Positions 1 to 9,744 of a DNA stretch of 64,000 nt are shown in pieces. Numbering within the stretch: position 1 is the stretch's first letter; each line of letters begins with the position of its first letter. The notes below the pieces were generated by a model. It ran no database searches. It was given only the letters and a program-made list of their open reading frames with translations, and was not told the DNA's origin. The position numbers and the translations under genes are program-made. The stretch is from Candidatus Thorarchaeota archaeon (GTDB taxonomy: Archaea; Asgardarchaeota; Thorarchaeia; Thorarchaeales; Thorarchaeaceae): the NCBI GenBank assembly GCA_048884965.1, contig JBHLQH010000017.1, forward strand, positions 7,258-71,257, given 5' to 3'.

Positions 1-138
1 ACATCAAGCACAACAACAGATACTACTACCCCAACCGATGACAGCTTAGGTCAAATCATGCTAATAGCTGGTGCAGGCGGAGGCATCTTGGCTTTGCTTC
101 TTGTACTCATGCTTCTGCGAAAACGACAATCAGGGTAA
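1..138 (+). CDS. 3' end of a C-terminally membrane-anchored surface protein (partial)
   Basis: Frame 1 reads TSSTTTDTTTPTDDSLGQIMLIAGAGGGILALLLVLMLLRKRQSG*: Thr-rich linker, TM helix, basic tail. Confidence 0.85.
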   Translation, partial: TSSTTTDTTTPTDDSLGQIMLIAGAGGGILALLLVLMLLRKRQSG

Positions 139-298
139 ACTATGAAGCGAAGATTGTATTCCTAATATACAAGAAGGATATGGCACACTCCTGCTGCTGT
201 TGGGAGTGTGCTCCGTATCCGATATCTCTGGTCGTAGAAACAGAATCACCGGAAACTCCCTGCAGATTCTGATAAGCGTAAGAAATGATGGGATGCGT

Positions 299-364
299 AA
301 TCGTATTATGCGGGTCATAAAAGAGGGATTTTCTGTTCCTACACTGTTGAGCATCCCTTTTCAT
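299..364. repeat. Diverged 66-nt repeat, copy A (copy B at 3789-3854)
   Basis: Ungapped alignment of 48/66 identities counted by hand; shared core CTGTTGAGCATCCyTTTTCAT. Confidence 0.75.
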
Positions 365-491
365 CATATGCATCAATTTTCCAAAGTTTGAGTCAGCTAT
401 GGCTAACGTTGAAGGCTTCTGATATATGAGAAACGATGAAACACTTTACTTATCAGCATCGAAAGCTGGAGTGCTATTTGAGGTCAATGTG

Positions 492-1037
492 ATGAAAATT
501 GCAGCCATTTCGGCAAGTGCACGGATTGATGGGAACACATCTGCATGTCTTCGAATTGCATTAGAGAGGCTGGAGAGTTGTGGATTTTCAACCAATCTAA
601 TTGAATTATCATCATATAGCATAATACCCTGTCATGGATGTAACATCGAATGTATCGAAGACCCTATCTGCCCCTTGATATCAGAGGATGATGTTGTATC
701 ATTATGGGAAGAAATCATCGGGTTTGACTGTATCATATGGGGGGTCCCAATATATGGAAATGGGGTTCCAGGTCTCCTGAAATGCTTCTTCGACCGTGCT
801 CAACCACTTGGTCATTATGAGTGGTATTGGAAACCTCAAGTCGTAGCAATCATCATTATCGGCAGCTCAGGACATGATCAGGTAATGGACTGCTCCAAGT
901 TTCTGGTCGAGGAACGGCGGGCTGTAGCATGGCTAAAGATACAGGGTTGGAAAGGAGCTGCGAATAGACCTGAGGTTATGAAATCAATCTTTGAACTTTG
1001 TGAAACATTGAAAGATAGTCTGCATAGTCATCTCTAG
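492..1037 (+). CDS. Flavodoxin-fold NADPH-dependent FMN reductase / iron-sulfur flavoprotein family
   Basis: MKIAAISASARIDGNT FMN-phosphate loop, CHGCNIECIEDPIC Cys cluster, GVPIYG...LKCFFDR; start moved from 426 to ATG 492. Confidence 0.85.
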   Translation: MKIAAISASARIDGNTSACLRIALERLESCGFSTNLIELSSYSIIPCHGCNIECIEDPICPLISEDDVVSLWEEIIGFDCIIWGVPIYGNGVPGLLKCFFDRAQPLGHYEWYWKPQVVAIIIIGSSGHDQVMDCSKFLVEERRAVAWLKIQGWKGAANRPEVMKSIFELCETLKDSLHSHL

Positions 1038-1482
1038 AAATCCCCCGTAGAACTTTGAAGAGCACGTACGGATAAACGACTTTAGTCGCATATCAATTGC
1101 TTGTCCTGTCTTCGGATAGGTGGTGCAAGCGACGACACATATCAATTGCAAATTTTGGTGTAGCTTCAGATCCCAGAATTTAGAAGAGCTGCAAAATACA
1201 ATGGAATAGTTCCCCAAGGTCCTCAAGATGGGCAGAAATTCATGGACATGATGAATTTTACTAACAAATACGGTAATCCTAAACACCACTTCGATCGGGT
1301 ATGTTCATCAGGATACATGCCTAGCAATAAACGAAATGAATTGGTCAGTGAGTTCAACGATATATGTGCAACATGGTACATCGAATCTTGGGGTAAGCAA
1401 TCCTTTGAAAAACAGATTCGCCGATTGAAAAGAGGTCCACCATCAATTTGATAATCACTTCAGGAAGACAACCTGTTGGATT

Positions 1483-1764
1483 TTAGGAAAACAGAATAGA
1501 TGCAAGAATACTAACCAGTTTTTCTGCTTCTTCCTGAGTGGAGAAATTTCTAAGCAACATTCTGCCCGAAGGAAAGATATTGATAACTTGACCATTATCT
1601 CCTTCAAGAAGTAGCAGAGCTGGTATTCCTACTTTAACGCGCATCTTACTGAGTTCAACAATTTTGCTCTGTAGTGTCATTAAATCAAGTTTAGTTCGTC
1701 TACTTGGCTTGACTTCGTAGCCTGTCTTTTCAGAACAGATCTTGAGCTGAAATGTATCAACCAG
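1483..1764 (-). CDS. Stand-alone ThiF/MoeB C-terminal-like domain protein (93 aa, probable CTG start)
   Basis: The frame stays open upstream of ATG 1680 to CTG 1764, preceded by AAGGAGGA; sequence parallels the C-terminal domain of the ThiF at 23735-24775. Confidence 0.7.
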   Translation of the reverse strand: MVDTFQLKICSEKTGYEVKPSRRTKLDLMTLQSKIVELSKMRVKVGIPALLLLEGDNGQVINIFPSGRMLLRNFSTQEEAEKLVSILASILFS

Positions 1765-2821
1765 TTTTAAATTCCTCCTTTAAAATGATGATTTCAGCAT
1801 CATCAACTGCATATTTGACCCATCCTTCTCTGATCTTTTCTTCTACAACAGGAATCTCACTGGTTCTTGCATTGATTGTGGGAAATTTCGGAGGTAAAGA
1901 GCAACAGGATGCTGCCTCCTCAGCAAAGTGATAAGTTCCTATCTCTCTGGCTTTCTTAACAATCTCATCTTTGTCATCTCCTATACATGGTCTAATAATA
2001 GGTATCTTATCGACAGCACTATTTTCTGCAAAGAGATTGCTAGTTGTTTGGGATGCTTGTTCTCCTATGATTTCACCTGTAATAATCGCATTAGCTTCTT
2101 CTCGAATAGCTACTTCCTGTGCGAGTCTGTACATATTTCTTCTGCAGAATATACATGTCATTCTTCGAGGTGCATGCTTCAAAACCTCAACCAAATCTTC
2201 TCCATGAGGAACAATGTACATCTTGACCTCTGAGCCATGGATGTACTGAGAAAGTCGTTTTGCCTGCTCAATTGCAATCTTCTTGTTGGAATCATCTGAG
2301 AAAGGTGAATTATCAAAATAGACAAAGATTGGGACACAGCCTCTTCTCATGGCTTTGAATGAAGCAACTGGAGAATCAAGACCACTAGAAATCATACAAA
2401 CAACTCTGCCTTCATAACCAGTTGGCAAACCTCCAATTCCACGGATTATTGATGCTGAATGAATATTGGTATCAGCATCAATTTCCTCTCCTACCGATAC
2501 CGCTACGACTCCAAAAACATTGGAGGCCATTTTCATGATATTTTCCACGGCATGAGTTTCTACAATTATTTGCTGCTTGACAATCTGAATTCTTGAATAT
2601 TCTATTCCGGTTTCACCAAAAGAATCTCTCAGGTTTCTCTCAAGAAAGTGTAGAAATCTCATTCTATCATCTACGGTGGTTCTATCAGGTATGTTAGGGT
2701 GAATTATTACTGTAGCTTTTACGGATTTCAATAGGAGACCTCTCTGAAAGTAACTTCGATTAGGTGGTTCCGAATACAAATGTAGTGTCTGGATTGCTCT
2801 TTTGAGTTTATCATATGGCAT
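1757..2821 (-). CDS. thiI: ThiI-family sulfurtransferase lacking the THUMP domain
   Basis: GIGGLPTG, PP-loop ISSGLDS, CIFCRR, GEIIGEQASQT, late CC; N-terminal domain joins GGLP with no THUMP segment between. Confidence 0.8.
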   Translation of the reverse strand: MPYDKLKRAIQTLHLYSEPPNRSYFQRGLLLKSVKATVIIHPNIPDRTTVDDRMRFLHFLERNLRDSFGETGIEYSRIQIVKQQIIVETHAVENIMKMASNVFGVVAVSVGEEIDADTNIHSASIIRGIGGLPTGYEGRVVCMISSGLDSPVASFKAMRRGCVPIFVYFDNSPFSDDSNKKIAIEQAKRLSQYIHGSEVKMYIVPHGEDLVEVLKHAPRRMTCIFCRRNMYRLAQEVAIREEANAIITGEIIGEQASQTTSNLFAENSAVDKIPIIRPCIGDDKDEIVKKAREIGTYHFAEEAASCCSLPPKFPTINARTSEIPVVEEKIREGWVKYAVDDAEIIILKEEFKTG

Positions 2822-2889
2822 AAACTTCTCCTATGGATAGACATATGACAACAATTAAGTCAGTCTGGATTTTCTCCTAAGAGATTTCA

Positions 2890-3714
2890 ATGTATACGTC
2901 TGCAGAATCAAAGTTCGATAGAGTACGAGAGATGTTCCGAAATAAACGTGTTCTAGTCGCGTTTAGTGGTGGTGTTGATAGTACTGTTCTTGCAGTTCTT
3001 GCTAAACAGAGTGCAATTGAAACAAGACTCCTTACTGTAGATAGTATCACATTCCCTAGAAGGGAGTTGGTAGCCGCTCAAGAAGTTGCCAAGGAGTTAG
3101 GTATCCCCCTCGAAATAATCCAAGTCGACGAGCTCGCAAATGAAGATTTAGTATCAAACCCAGTGAATCGATGTTATCATTGCAAGAAAGAACTAGCAAG
3201 TGTATGGCTTGCCCATTCAAATAAAATCTCATACGAGATTGTTGCAGACGGGACCAGCGCAACTGATATCGAGGGGCATCGTCCAGGAGCCAAGGCTCTT
3301 GAAGAGGCAGGAGTATTGTCGCCCCTCAGGATGGCAGGAATTACAAAGGATGAGATTAGAGAGTTTGCCAGAAGTATGGATCTCTCTGTTGCAGAACGTC
3401 CATCAATGGCATGTCTTTCGAGTCGATTTCCCTATGGCACTGAAATCACTGAGAAACGGATTCGCATGGTCGATGAGGTTGAGCAAACAGTCCGTGACCT
3501 ATTTGGTATTGATTGTGTTCGAGCTCGATATCATGATGACATAGTACGCATTGAAGTTGCATCAAATGAGCGGTCTAAGATGTTTGATTTGGCATTGCTT
3601 GATTTACTAAACGAAAAGGCAAAGGAAGTAGGCTTCATCTACGTCACACTCGATATTCAAGGCTACCGAACAGGATCAATGAATGATGTCATTGACAGCT
3701 CTACCGATAATTGA
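2890..3714 (+). CDS. larE: ATP-dependent sulfur transferase LarE family
   Basis: AFSGGVDS, NRCYHCK, HRPG, ACLSSRFPYG, RARYH...RIEV, GYRTGSMN. Confidence 0.93.
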   Translation: MYTSAESKFDRVREMFRNKRVLVAFSGGVDSTVLAVLAKQSAIETRLLTVDSITFPRRELVAAQEVAKELGIPLEIIQVDELANEDLVSNPVNRCYHCKKELASVWLAHSNKISYEIVADGTSATDIEGHRPGAKALEEAGVLSPLRMAGITKDEIREFARSMDLSVAERPSMACLSSRFPYGTEITEKRIRMVDEVEQTVRDLFGIDCVRARYHDDIVRIEVASNERSKMFDLALLDLLNEKAKEVGFIYVTLDIQGYRTGSMNDVIDSSTDN

Positions 3715-3788
3715 CAACCAGAGTGTCATAATTAGGATACTTGTATGTCCTGTCTTCTGACAGGGGGTGCAGGTGACGACGGAAGTGC

Positions 3789-3854
3789 AATCGTATAACA
3801 TGGGTGCCCTACGAGGGACTTACCCTTCTCACGCTGTTGAGCATCCTTTTTCAT
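3789..3854. repeat. Diverged 66-nt repeat, copy B (copy A at 299-364)
   Basis: 48/66 identical to copy A, same orientation, 3490 nt apart. Confidence 0.75.
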
Positions 3855-3965
3855 TTTTACAACGATACATTCACTTGAGTGGACCCTAGGTCTGCTTTCT
3901 CAATACATATCTTCATCATTTTCCTCTACCATCGCAATCATATCCATGGACACGAAATTTGAACT

Positions 3966-4127
3966 ATGAAGAAGATAAATGACCTCTATGAATGCGAGGA
4001 ATGCCATCTATTCTACGAGGATGAATATTGGGCCAAGAAATGTGAGGAATGGTGCGTAGAGCACAAGTCCTGCAATCTTGCGATCACACGGCACGCAACA
4101 AAGCAATCCAAGGTATCGTTATCATAG
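3966..4127 (+). CDS. Small Cys/His-rich zinc-finger-like protein (53 aa; below ORF track cutoff)
   Basis: MKKINDLYECEECHLFYEDEYWAKKCEEWCVEHKSCNLAITRHA...: CxxC...CxxWC..H..C..H pattern. Confidence 0.8.
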   Translation: MKKINDLYECEECHLFYEDEYWAKKCEEWCVEHKSCNLAITRHATKQSKVSLS

Positions 4128-4483
4128 CATGTTTGAGTAATTCAAGTGAACTGGTCTGGGAGAACGGAGAATAGCGAAAAAGTGTTCTCAGAATTAGATG
4201 CTGAGCACCATTATTGATTTGCAATGCTTGTTAGAGAGTAATTTTGATTATAGTAGCTGCCATCCTTCTTCGTAGTGATACAGGGCAACACCAATCGAAT
4301 GAATAATCGCATCGAGAATTGTTCGAAAGAGTCCTACTTTAATACGCAGCCGAGCAATCTTTCTGTATTCATCAAATGCATCAGTGTGAATCCTGTGTTG
4401 ACTCTGAAACACATAATCGTATTCAAATACATTCACAGTTACCATTTCCTCTAGTAGATTCATCAAATCTCGGAGTGAAGATT

Positions 4484-4660
4484 ATGGACGAAAAGGAATC
4501 TGTATACCAAGCATTTGTCAAGGCTGGAAAACCGCTAAAAGCTGGCGAAGTCGCTGAAGCAACTGGAATCGAGAAGGATCAAGTATCTAAGATAATAAAA
4601 GACCTGAAGAAGGATGGGAAATTAGTATCACCCAAGAATTGCTACTATACTCCTGCTTGA
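4484..4660 (+). CDS. Small winged-helix DNA-binding protein
   Basis: GKPLKAGEVAEATGIEKDQVSKIIKDLKKDGKLVSPKNCYY; GGAGTGA SD upstream of ATG 4484. Confidence 0.85.
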   Translation: MDEKESVYQAFVKAGKPLKAGEVAEATGIEKDQVSKIIKDLKKDGKLVSPKNCYYTPA

Positions 4661-5037
4661 TGACCAGATCATATCACTCGATTATGGAGCACTCTCTTCG
4701 AGGAAACTCTCCTCTCTTTCATTATTTACAGTGCTTCCAGCGTCAATTGAAATTGCTTCAATGAAGATTTTTGCCATATCAGCATGATCATTGACAAATC
4801 GGACTGCTTCTACATTGAGACTATTAGAAAACTCGCATGTAAGCTTCTTGTTTTTCAGGTTCAAAGGGATTCTGCTCTTAAGACGCCTCTAGATTAAGGA
4901 TATTGATAAAATAGCAAGCAAATCATTTTAGTTTTATATAAGCATAATCCTATTTAAATAATATTATGTTTTTATATACATTATTCATATAGAATAGTTA
5001 ATAAGCGATTTTTATAGGCTGTCGATGATTTAAAACC

Positions 5038-5277
5038 ATGGCAATCCAATCTTTGCTTATCAAAGGTGGTGTAATGATGCTGGTATTAGAATTGGAACTG
5101 ATAGAAGAGATGATAGTTTCTCTATTTCTCATGTTTTTCGCTGTAGCGATATCACTGGTTCTGACCAAATTGAGGACTTACCTAACTAGGAAGACTGCCA
5201 TACCTCAAGGAAACAGTATCAGTCCTACTCTGACCAAAACGAGCTTTTTGCCACAGTTTCTTGGGCCCAGTTTATAG
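5038..5277 (+). CDS. Small single-TM hypothetical protein
   Basis: One hydrophobic helix; follows an AT-rich promoter-like region and precedes the antiporter. Confidence 0.5.
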   Translation: MAIQSLLIKGGVMMLVLELELIEEMIVSLFLMFFAVAISLVLTKLRTYLTRKTAIPQGNSISPTLTKTSFLPQFLGPSL

Positions 5278-5295
5278 AGAAAGGAGTGTTTCTAC

Positions 5296-6561
5296 TTGGA
5301 GAATATCCCCATCATCATTGGTATAGGTTTGGTAATGGCCTTCTTGGCGTCAAAAATCTTCAAGAAAGTAGGCATTCCTCAAGTTGTTGGATTCATGGTT
5401 GCAGGAATCCTACTTCGTGTCTTCGGAATAATCACTACTGATGATGTGAACACTTTAGGTGTGATTTTCTCTTTGGCTCTTGGCTTGATCGGATACAATA
5501 TAGGTCTTGAACTAAGGATGAAGATACTGAGGGGGCGGATTCGGAGGATATTGCTGATTGTAATTCTTGAAGCGACTGGCGCCTTTTGGATTGTCACACT
5601 ACTGGTTCTTGCAGTGACACAACAGCTATATGTCGCATTGATTCTCGGATCTATTGCCAGTGCAACAGCTCCTGCGGCAACAGCAGATGTCATCTGGGAT
5701 CACGAATGTAAGGGGCCTGTAACGGAATCCCTAATGTTCATTTTGGCAATGGATGATATTATTGCAGTTGTACTGACCAATGCTGCGATAGCCTATGCAT
5801 TATTTGTACTGACACCTGCATCTAACGGATTCTTCATGGCACTTCTCAGTCCTATCATCCTGACTGTTGGTTCAGTTGTTATTGGGGGAATATTCGGAGC
5901 CATATTTACGATGTTTACGATGCGAGAAAAAAGCAAGGCTGTGATTGTGGAGCTTGAGCTCGCTCTTATCATTCTCCTCATCGGTATCGTTGATTTCTTT
6001 GGCTTCAATGATATTCTGGCTGCAATTGCATTTGGTGTGATTGTGGGAAATGCCGTACCAGATGAGAAACAACAAGGTCCACACTTGTTAGAGATAATCA
6101 TGGCTCCAATTGTAATGCTTTTCTTTGTGCTAGCTGGTGCCAAAACTGATCTATCATTATTTGTCAGTGAGCTTGGTGGGATTGTCATCCTGCTTGCAGT
6201 CTTGTATATCGGTGGAAGAACATTTGGAAAAGTCTTAGGCGCGCGTATTGGGTCTTCTGTTACTGCATCTGAACCCACCGTCAAGAAATATCTTGGCATC
6301 TGCCTTCTGAGTCAAGCTGGTGTGGCTTTAGGACTGAGCGTGTTAATTGAAAGTGAGTTCTCAGTTCTAGGAGGAGAGGCTGCCATTTTTGGTTCGATTA
6401 TCTTGAGCGTAGTGGCACTGTCAACTATCATCCTTGAGATTGTTGGTCCTATTGCAGCGAAGTGGGGTCTTACACAAGCTGGTGAGGTCGGTAATGGAAA
6501 CGGAAATTGCAGGGATTCACCAACCTTAGTAGACTCTGTTGAATTCATTGAAGGCTCTTAG
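5296..6561 (+). CDS. Cation:proton antiporter (CPA2/Kef-type)
   Basis: About 12 TM; IGLEL, ASATAPAAT, MDD, GRTFGK, SQAGVALG. Confidence 0.92.
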   Translation: MENIPIIIGIGLVMAFLASKIFKKVGIPQVVGFMVAGILLRVFGIITTDDVNTLGVIFSLALGLIGYNIGLELRMKILRGRIRRILLIVILEATGAFWIVTLLVLAVTQQLYVALILGSIASATAPAATADVIWDHECKGPVTESLMFILAMDDIIAVVLTNAAIAYALFVLTPASNGFFMALLSPIILTVGSVVIGGIFGAIFTMFTMREKSKAVIVELELALIILLIGIVDFFGFNDILAAIAFGVIVGNAVPDEKQQGPHLLEIIMAPIVMLFFVLAGAKTDLSLFVSELGGIVILLAVLYIGGRTFGKVLGARIGSSVTASEPTVKKYLGICLLSQAGVALGLSVLIESEFSVLGGEAAIFGSIILSVVALSTIILEIVGPIAAKWGLTQAGEVGNGNGNCRDSPTLVDSVEFIEGS

Positions 6562-6570
6562 ATGATATGA

Positions 6571-7875
6571 CTATTCATCTAATCTGATATCTTGTTCCTT
6601 CAGCTGCTTTTTCCGCTGCTTCACTGGATCATCTGCTTTGAATAAGATGATGCCAGCTAGTATCATGATTATCGAGGCTACAAAAAAGGGAAGACTGCCA
6701 ATCGGAGCAGTTCCGAGATCACCTGACGAGCTTGCGATTGAAATATCTGCTAAGTAGCCAAGTAGTAAGGGACCTGCGATGAATCCGAGATCGCTGATTG
6801 TTCGATAGAGTCCCATCGAGATTTCCAGCTTATCCTGAGGAGAAACATCAGTGATATATGCGGCGATCGGACCAGAGAGCCCTACAGCTGCTCCATACGC
6901 TATCATGCAAATCGAAAGACCTACTAGGTCGTTGGAGATGGGAATAGCAACAGTTACTACTGCAGAGAGGAGAAGTGCTGCAATCAGAGGATTTCTTCTC
7001 CCGATTCTGTCAGAGATACTTCCCATAGGGACCATCGTAGATGCAGTAGCTATTGCTGCAAATGTTAGCAACAGACCAATGGTATCTGTTTCAAGTCCAA
7101 GGTTGTTTGCTGCATAGAGAGGTGTCAGAGTGCTTCTTACTCCCGTTCGTATGAAGAAGAGGGTAAAGGTTGCAAGAGTGCCCAAAAGGAACGATGGGTA
7201 TCTTAGAACAGCTCCCATATCTTGAAGTGAGATTTTTGGTAGTTTTCCCTCTGAGTTGTGTTCTGAGTTATTCAATTTCGGAAGTATCAAAGTAGGGATT
7301 ATTCCAAAGGCTGCGACTAATGCATATGCGAAGAAAGGCGCTCGGATATCATAGATTGCTGCTATAACACCCCCAAAGGTCGGTCCAAATATACTACCAA
7401 GAAGTAGCATTCCAGAGTATATGCTCATTAGCTGCCCTCGTTTCTCAGTTCCGGTAATCTGTGCTAGGAACACCGTTGCTGAAGTCACATACAGTGCTGA
7501 CCCAGCTCCTTCTATGATTCTAGCGATAATGAGAATGCCGTAAGTAGGAGCAATTCCTGCAAGGATTGATGAAATTACAATCAGAAGCAACCCGAAGATC
7601 ATTATCGCCTTTTTGTCATACTTTCTTCCAAGAAAACCTGCAGGAATGTCTATGAACACTCTAGCTACCGCAAATGATGATATAACAAGTCCTACCATCG
7701 CATAGGAAACTTGGAAACTCTCTGCGTAACTTGGGAGAATAGGTGCGACCATACTCAATCCAAGTAGGACTAGAAAGGAAACGGAGGATAGATTGAACAC
7801 GTTCAACAATTGCCCTTGCTCTCTCAAGCGCTGTCGAAATGAATTATTTGTTTCCGAGTCTGCTAACACAATCAA
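6571..7875 (-). CDS. MFS transporter (DHA1-like)
   Basis: 12 TM; ARIIEGAG, GPTFGG, GSISDRIGRR motif A. Confidence 0.92.
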   Translation of the reverse strand: MIVLADSETNNSFRQRLREQGQLLNVFNLSSVSFLVLLGLSMVAPILPSYAESFQVSYAMVGLVISSFAVARVFIDIPAGFLGRKYDKKAIMIFGLLLIVISSILAGIAPTYGILIIARIIEGAGSALYVTSATVFLAQITGTEKRGQLMSIYSGMLLLGSIFGPTFGGVIAAIYDIRAPFFAYALVAAFGIIPTLILPKLNNSEHNSEGKLPKISLQDMGAVLRYPSFLLGTLATFTLFFIRTGVRSTLTPLYAANNLGLETDTIGLLLTFAAIATASTMVPMGSISDRIGRRNPLIAALLLSAVVTVAIPISNDLVGLSICMIAYGAAVGLSGPIAAYITDVSPQDKLEISMGLYRTISDLGFIAGPLLLGYLADISIASSSGDLGTAPIGSLPFFVASIIMILAGIILFKADDPVKQRKKQLKEQDIRLDE

Positions 7876-8027
7876 TGGCCTTCTAGGTATTGAAAGTCGT
7901 TCCAGAAAGGGGTTAAAATTCTTTGAGATGAGTCTCTGTATTCGCTAAGACGTGCTAAAGATGCATAGCATGTTCTTGGTATAATGATTGCGAGTATATT
8001 GATATCAAAGTGCAAAATCGATTCAGA

Positions 8028-8699
8028 TTACTTTTGAAGAAGTTTCCTTAGTCTTATCTTCTCATCTGGTGACAGCAATCGGAAGCCATCAAGTTTTTCC
8101 AAAGGCGTGTACAAGGTGGATGCAATACATTTAGGATGATGCCATCTATATGAAAGATGTTCTTCATAGAGATAGGACTCTCCAATTCTAAATCGTCCCT
8201 CCTCGATTTGCTGTCCACATACACGACATTTAGATCGTCCCGATTTGGCAATTTCAATCATCCATGCAGGTTCTGCTTCCTTTGCACTGGGCTTGAGCCT
8301 CTCCAAAAAATCAAGAGGTTTCTGACCTACAAGTTCAGAGGTGAACTTTAGGTTGAAGATATCATATTCACTTGGTGCAAATACTATCTCAACATCCCCA
8401 TCCTTGAACGAGTCCTTTATGGTCATATTAGGAGGCCATCGTTTATTCTGTTTCATATACTCGACAGCTCGCTCTACCAGTATCTTACTAGCCTCTCTCT
8501 TTGAGATATCTTTGACGCCATCTTCTTTCGCGATTCCATAATCAGTTTCCACATACTTGATTCCTTGTTCTGATACTCCTCTTGTTTTAGTTAGTACGAG
8601 TGATCCTATCGGAATGGCTTTTTTTAACCTATGAAGGATAAACACCTTGATATCAATCCAGTATGCCCATTCTGCATCATAGTTAATCTCATCCACCAA
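8028..8699 (-). CDS. Protein with C-terminal PARP-type zinc finger
   Basis: IEIAKSGRSKCRVC...IEEGRFRIG...WHHPKC...LDGFRLLSPDEK matches the zf-PARP consensus (CxxC-HxxC). Confidence 0.85.
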   Translation of the reverse strand: MVDEINYDAEWAYWIDIKVFILHRLKKAIPIGSLVLTKTRGVSEQGIKYVETDYGIAKEDGVKDISKREASKILVERAVEYMKQNKRWPPNMTIKDSFKDGDVEIVFAPSEYDIFNLKFTSELVGQKPLDFLERLKPSAKEAEPAWMIEIAKSGRSKCRVCGQQIEEGRFRIGESYLYEEHLSYRWHHPKCIASTLYTPLEKLDGFRLLSPDEKIRLRKLLQK

Positions 8700-8828
8700 G
8701 CGTCATCCGACCTCCTTTGGTTCGATCATTCTCTATTCCATTACATGCTGATTAGTCTTTTTACCAGTAGTCGCCTATGAAACAAGTGCAAGTAGCTGTT
8801 GAAGTTTCATTTTGACAGTCTTTAGCGA

Positions 8829-9641
8829 TTATCCATAGTTGTGTTTGTTAGCAATCTCCTCTCCTTCGGAAGCTTGTGCCAATCGACTCACACCTTTTTC
8901 AAAGAACTCCTTGGATATTTCGATTGAGATGCTATTTCTCCTAGTCTTTGCCGCAACAACACTTGTTGTGAATGTTCCTGCAAATGGATCGAGAATCACT
9001 TCTCCAACATTTGAGGATGCTAATATAATGCGCTCTAAGAGGAGTTCTGGCTTTTGAGAGGGATGTTTCATGTATTCAGGCATTCGATATCTGACCCGTG
9101 GGAAATACCAGACATTCCCTGGATTTCTAACTGTGTTATAGGGTTCTGGAGGTGTTTTTCGATAGTCTATCAATTTTCGAACAGACCCTGTACGGGCCGG
9201 GATAAGAACATCCTCTAAATTGAACGTGTACTTCTGCTCATCCTTTACACAATGTAGAATCGGCTCATACATAGAGCCGTAGTGTTGTTTTGCTTGTACT
9301 CCTGAGCTATCATAATGCCAAACAATTCTGCTCACGATATGGAGTCTTTCACTTGTCATAATATCGATGTACGGCATATTCTGTGTCGCATTCATTATGT
9401 ATAAACTGCCTGTGGGCCGAAGAATGCGTACGAGGTGATCTAGCCATCGCGCACACCATTTCAGATATCTGTCCGGGTCCATTATCACTGACCCTTCCCC
9501 AAAGTCCTTGCCAATATTGTATGGAGGGTCCACGAAGATCAAATCCACGGAATCTGACTCAAGTGTTGGTAGAATCTCAAGTGCATCTCCATTGATCAAT
9601 CGGTGTGATGTAGATTCTTTCGCCATTCGAACCTCGGTCAC
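8829..9641 (-). CDS. Beta-class adenine-specific DNA methyltransferase, YhdJ-like, orphan
   Basis: DPPY, HPSQKP, DPFAGTFTT; WHYDSSGVQA...YGSMYEPIL and RVRYRMPEY resemble YhdJ. Confidence 0.9.
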   Translation of the reverse strand: MTEVRMAKESTSHRLINGDALEILPTLESDSVDLIFVDPPYNIGKDFGEGSVIMDPDRYLKWCARWLDHLVRILRPTGSLYIMNATQNMPYIDIMTSERLHIVSRIVWHYDSSGVQAKQHYGSMYEPILHCVKDEQKYTFNLEDVLIPARTGSVRKLIDYRKTPPEPYNTVRNPGNVWYFPRVRYRMPEYMKHPSQKPELLLERIILASSNVGEVILDPFAGTFTTSVVAAKTRRNSISIEISKEFFEKGVSRLAQASEGEEIANKHNYG

Positions 9642-9744
9642 TGCTACTCAATCCTTGAGAAGTCCTTCTTCGGATTTACTATGGCATTATCCTAGATGAT
9701 TACTAAAAAAGTCACTGTGCAAAAGAGGAAATATGACCAATCCT

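Noticed and set aside
299-364. Repeat copies as SECIS, fluoride riboswitch or C/D box sRNA
   Set aside because: Partial motifs exist (AUGA..AA, RUGAYG), but spacing, the D box and stems are not consistent in both copies, and no Sec-containing gene lies upstream.
1040-1451. ORFs 984-1289(-) and 1242-1451(+) as genes
   Set aside because: No recognisable motifs, and the upstream frame is broken by stops; probably a decayed remnant that I cannot assign.
4130-4920. ORFs 4248-4466(-) and 4682-4864(-)
   Set aside because: Short, no motif, weak starts; possibly remnants.
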